DNA of 63,471 nucleotides, filler included, from Choristocarpus tenellus KU-1152 (lineage: Eukaryota > Protista > Phaeophyceae): NCBI GenBank assembly GCA_964200185.2. It is 8 parts of 8 records of this genome, joined end to end, with 100 filler letters (N's around TTAATTAATTAA, not from the genome) between each part and the next. Parts side by side here need not be neighbours in the genome. Positions count along the whole stretch, not along the records: positions 58,567 to 63,471 come from CAXNAD020012584.1; 7 more parts are not named here. One strand, given 5' to 3'. Below the pieces are notes generated by a model. The model worked only from the letters and a program-made list of their open reading frames with translations. It did no database searches and was not told the origin of the DNA. Both the position numbers and the translations under genes were made by a program. Shown here piece by piece: positions 63,402-63,471 of this stretch. Position 1 is the first letter of the stretch; each line of letters begins with the position of its first letter.

Positions 63402-63471
63402 GGCTCAAAGTATCTTGGGGGGGGGGGGGGCTACACCAGGGTGTCCATTTGCGCCCTGACCAGGAAAAGTG
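63402..63471 (+). mobile_element. MITE family B-related left end interrupting the zinc-finger cassette
   Basis: ggctcaaagtatct plus G-run plus ctacaccagggtgtcca; matches the reverse complement of 16548-16613 and the start at 9019. Confidence 0.8.

Overview
Eukaryotic, intron-rich nuclear DNA. It is most likely from a brown alga or a close photosynthetic stramenopile (inferred from bipartite signal-plus-Phe transit peptides, a flagellar dynein, short exons and an RTE-type LINE). The window is not one locus: eight contigs are joined by seven identical 100-nt spacers (N44-TTAATTAATTAA-N44). By hand-splicing I reconstructed two complete genes: a 4-exon EamA/DMT transporter and a 2-exon DUF2358-like protein with a Cys-rich tail. 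Partial genes encode an ankyrin-repeat protein, an IQ-C2-PH protein, an outer-arm dynein heavy chain (12 exons), RPL27, a post-SET histone methyltransferase, a tomosyn/Lgl-like WD40 protein, a Gln/Gly-rich secreted protein and a NifS/selenocysteine-lyase-like enzyme. The most notable signals are: (1) a high frequency of GC-AG introns (4 of 12 dynein donors, about 6 of 38 overall); (2) two abundant, mostly intronic MITE families sharing a GRG...CYC terminal inverted repeat (TIR) with variable 4-bp target-site duplications (TSDs), a Sola2-like signature; (3) dispersed decayed RING/PHD zinc-finger cassettes on separate contigs that suggest an uncharacterised mobile element. All homology calls come from motif recognition; no database search was run.
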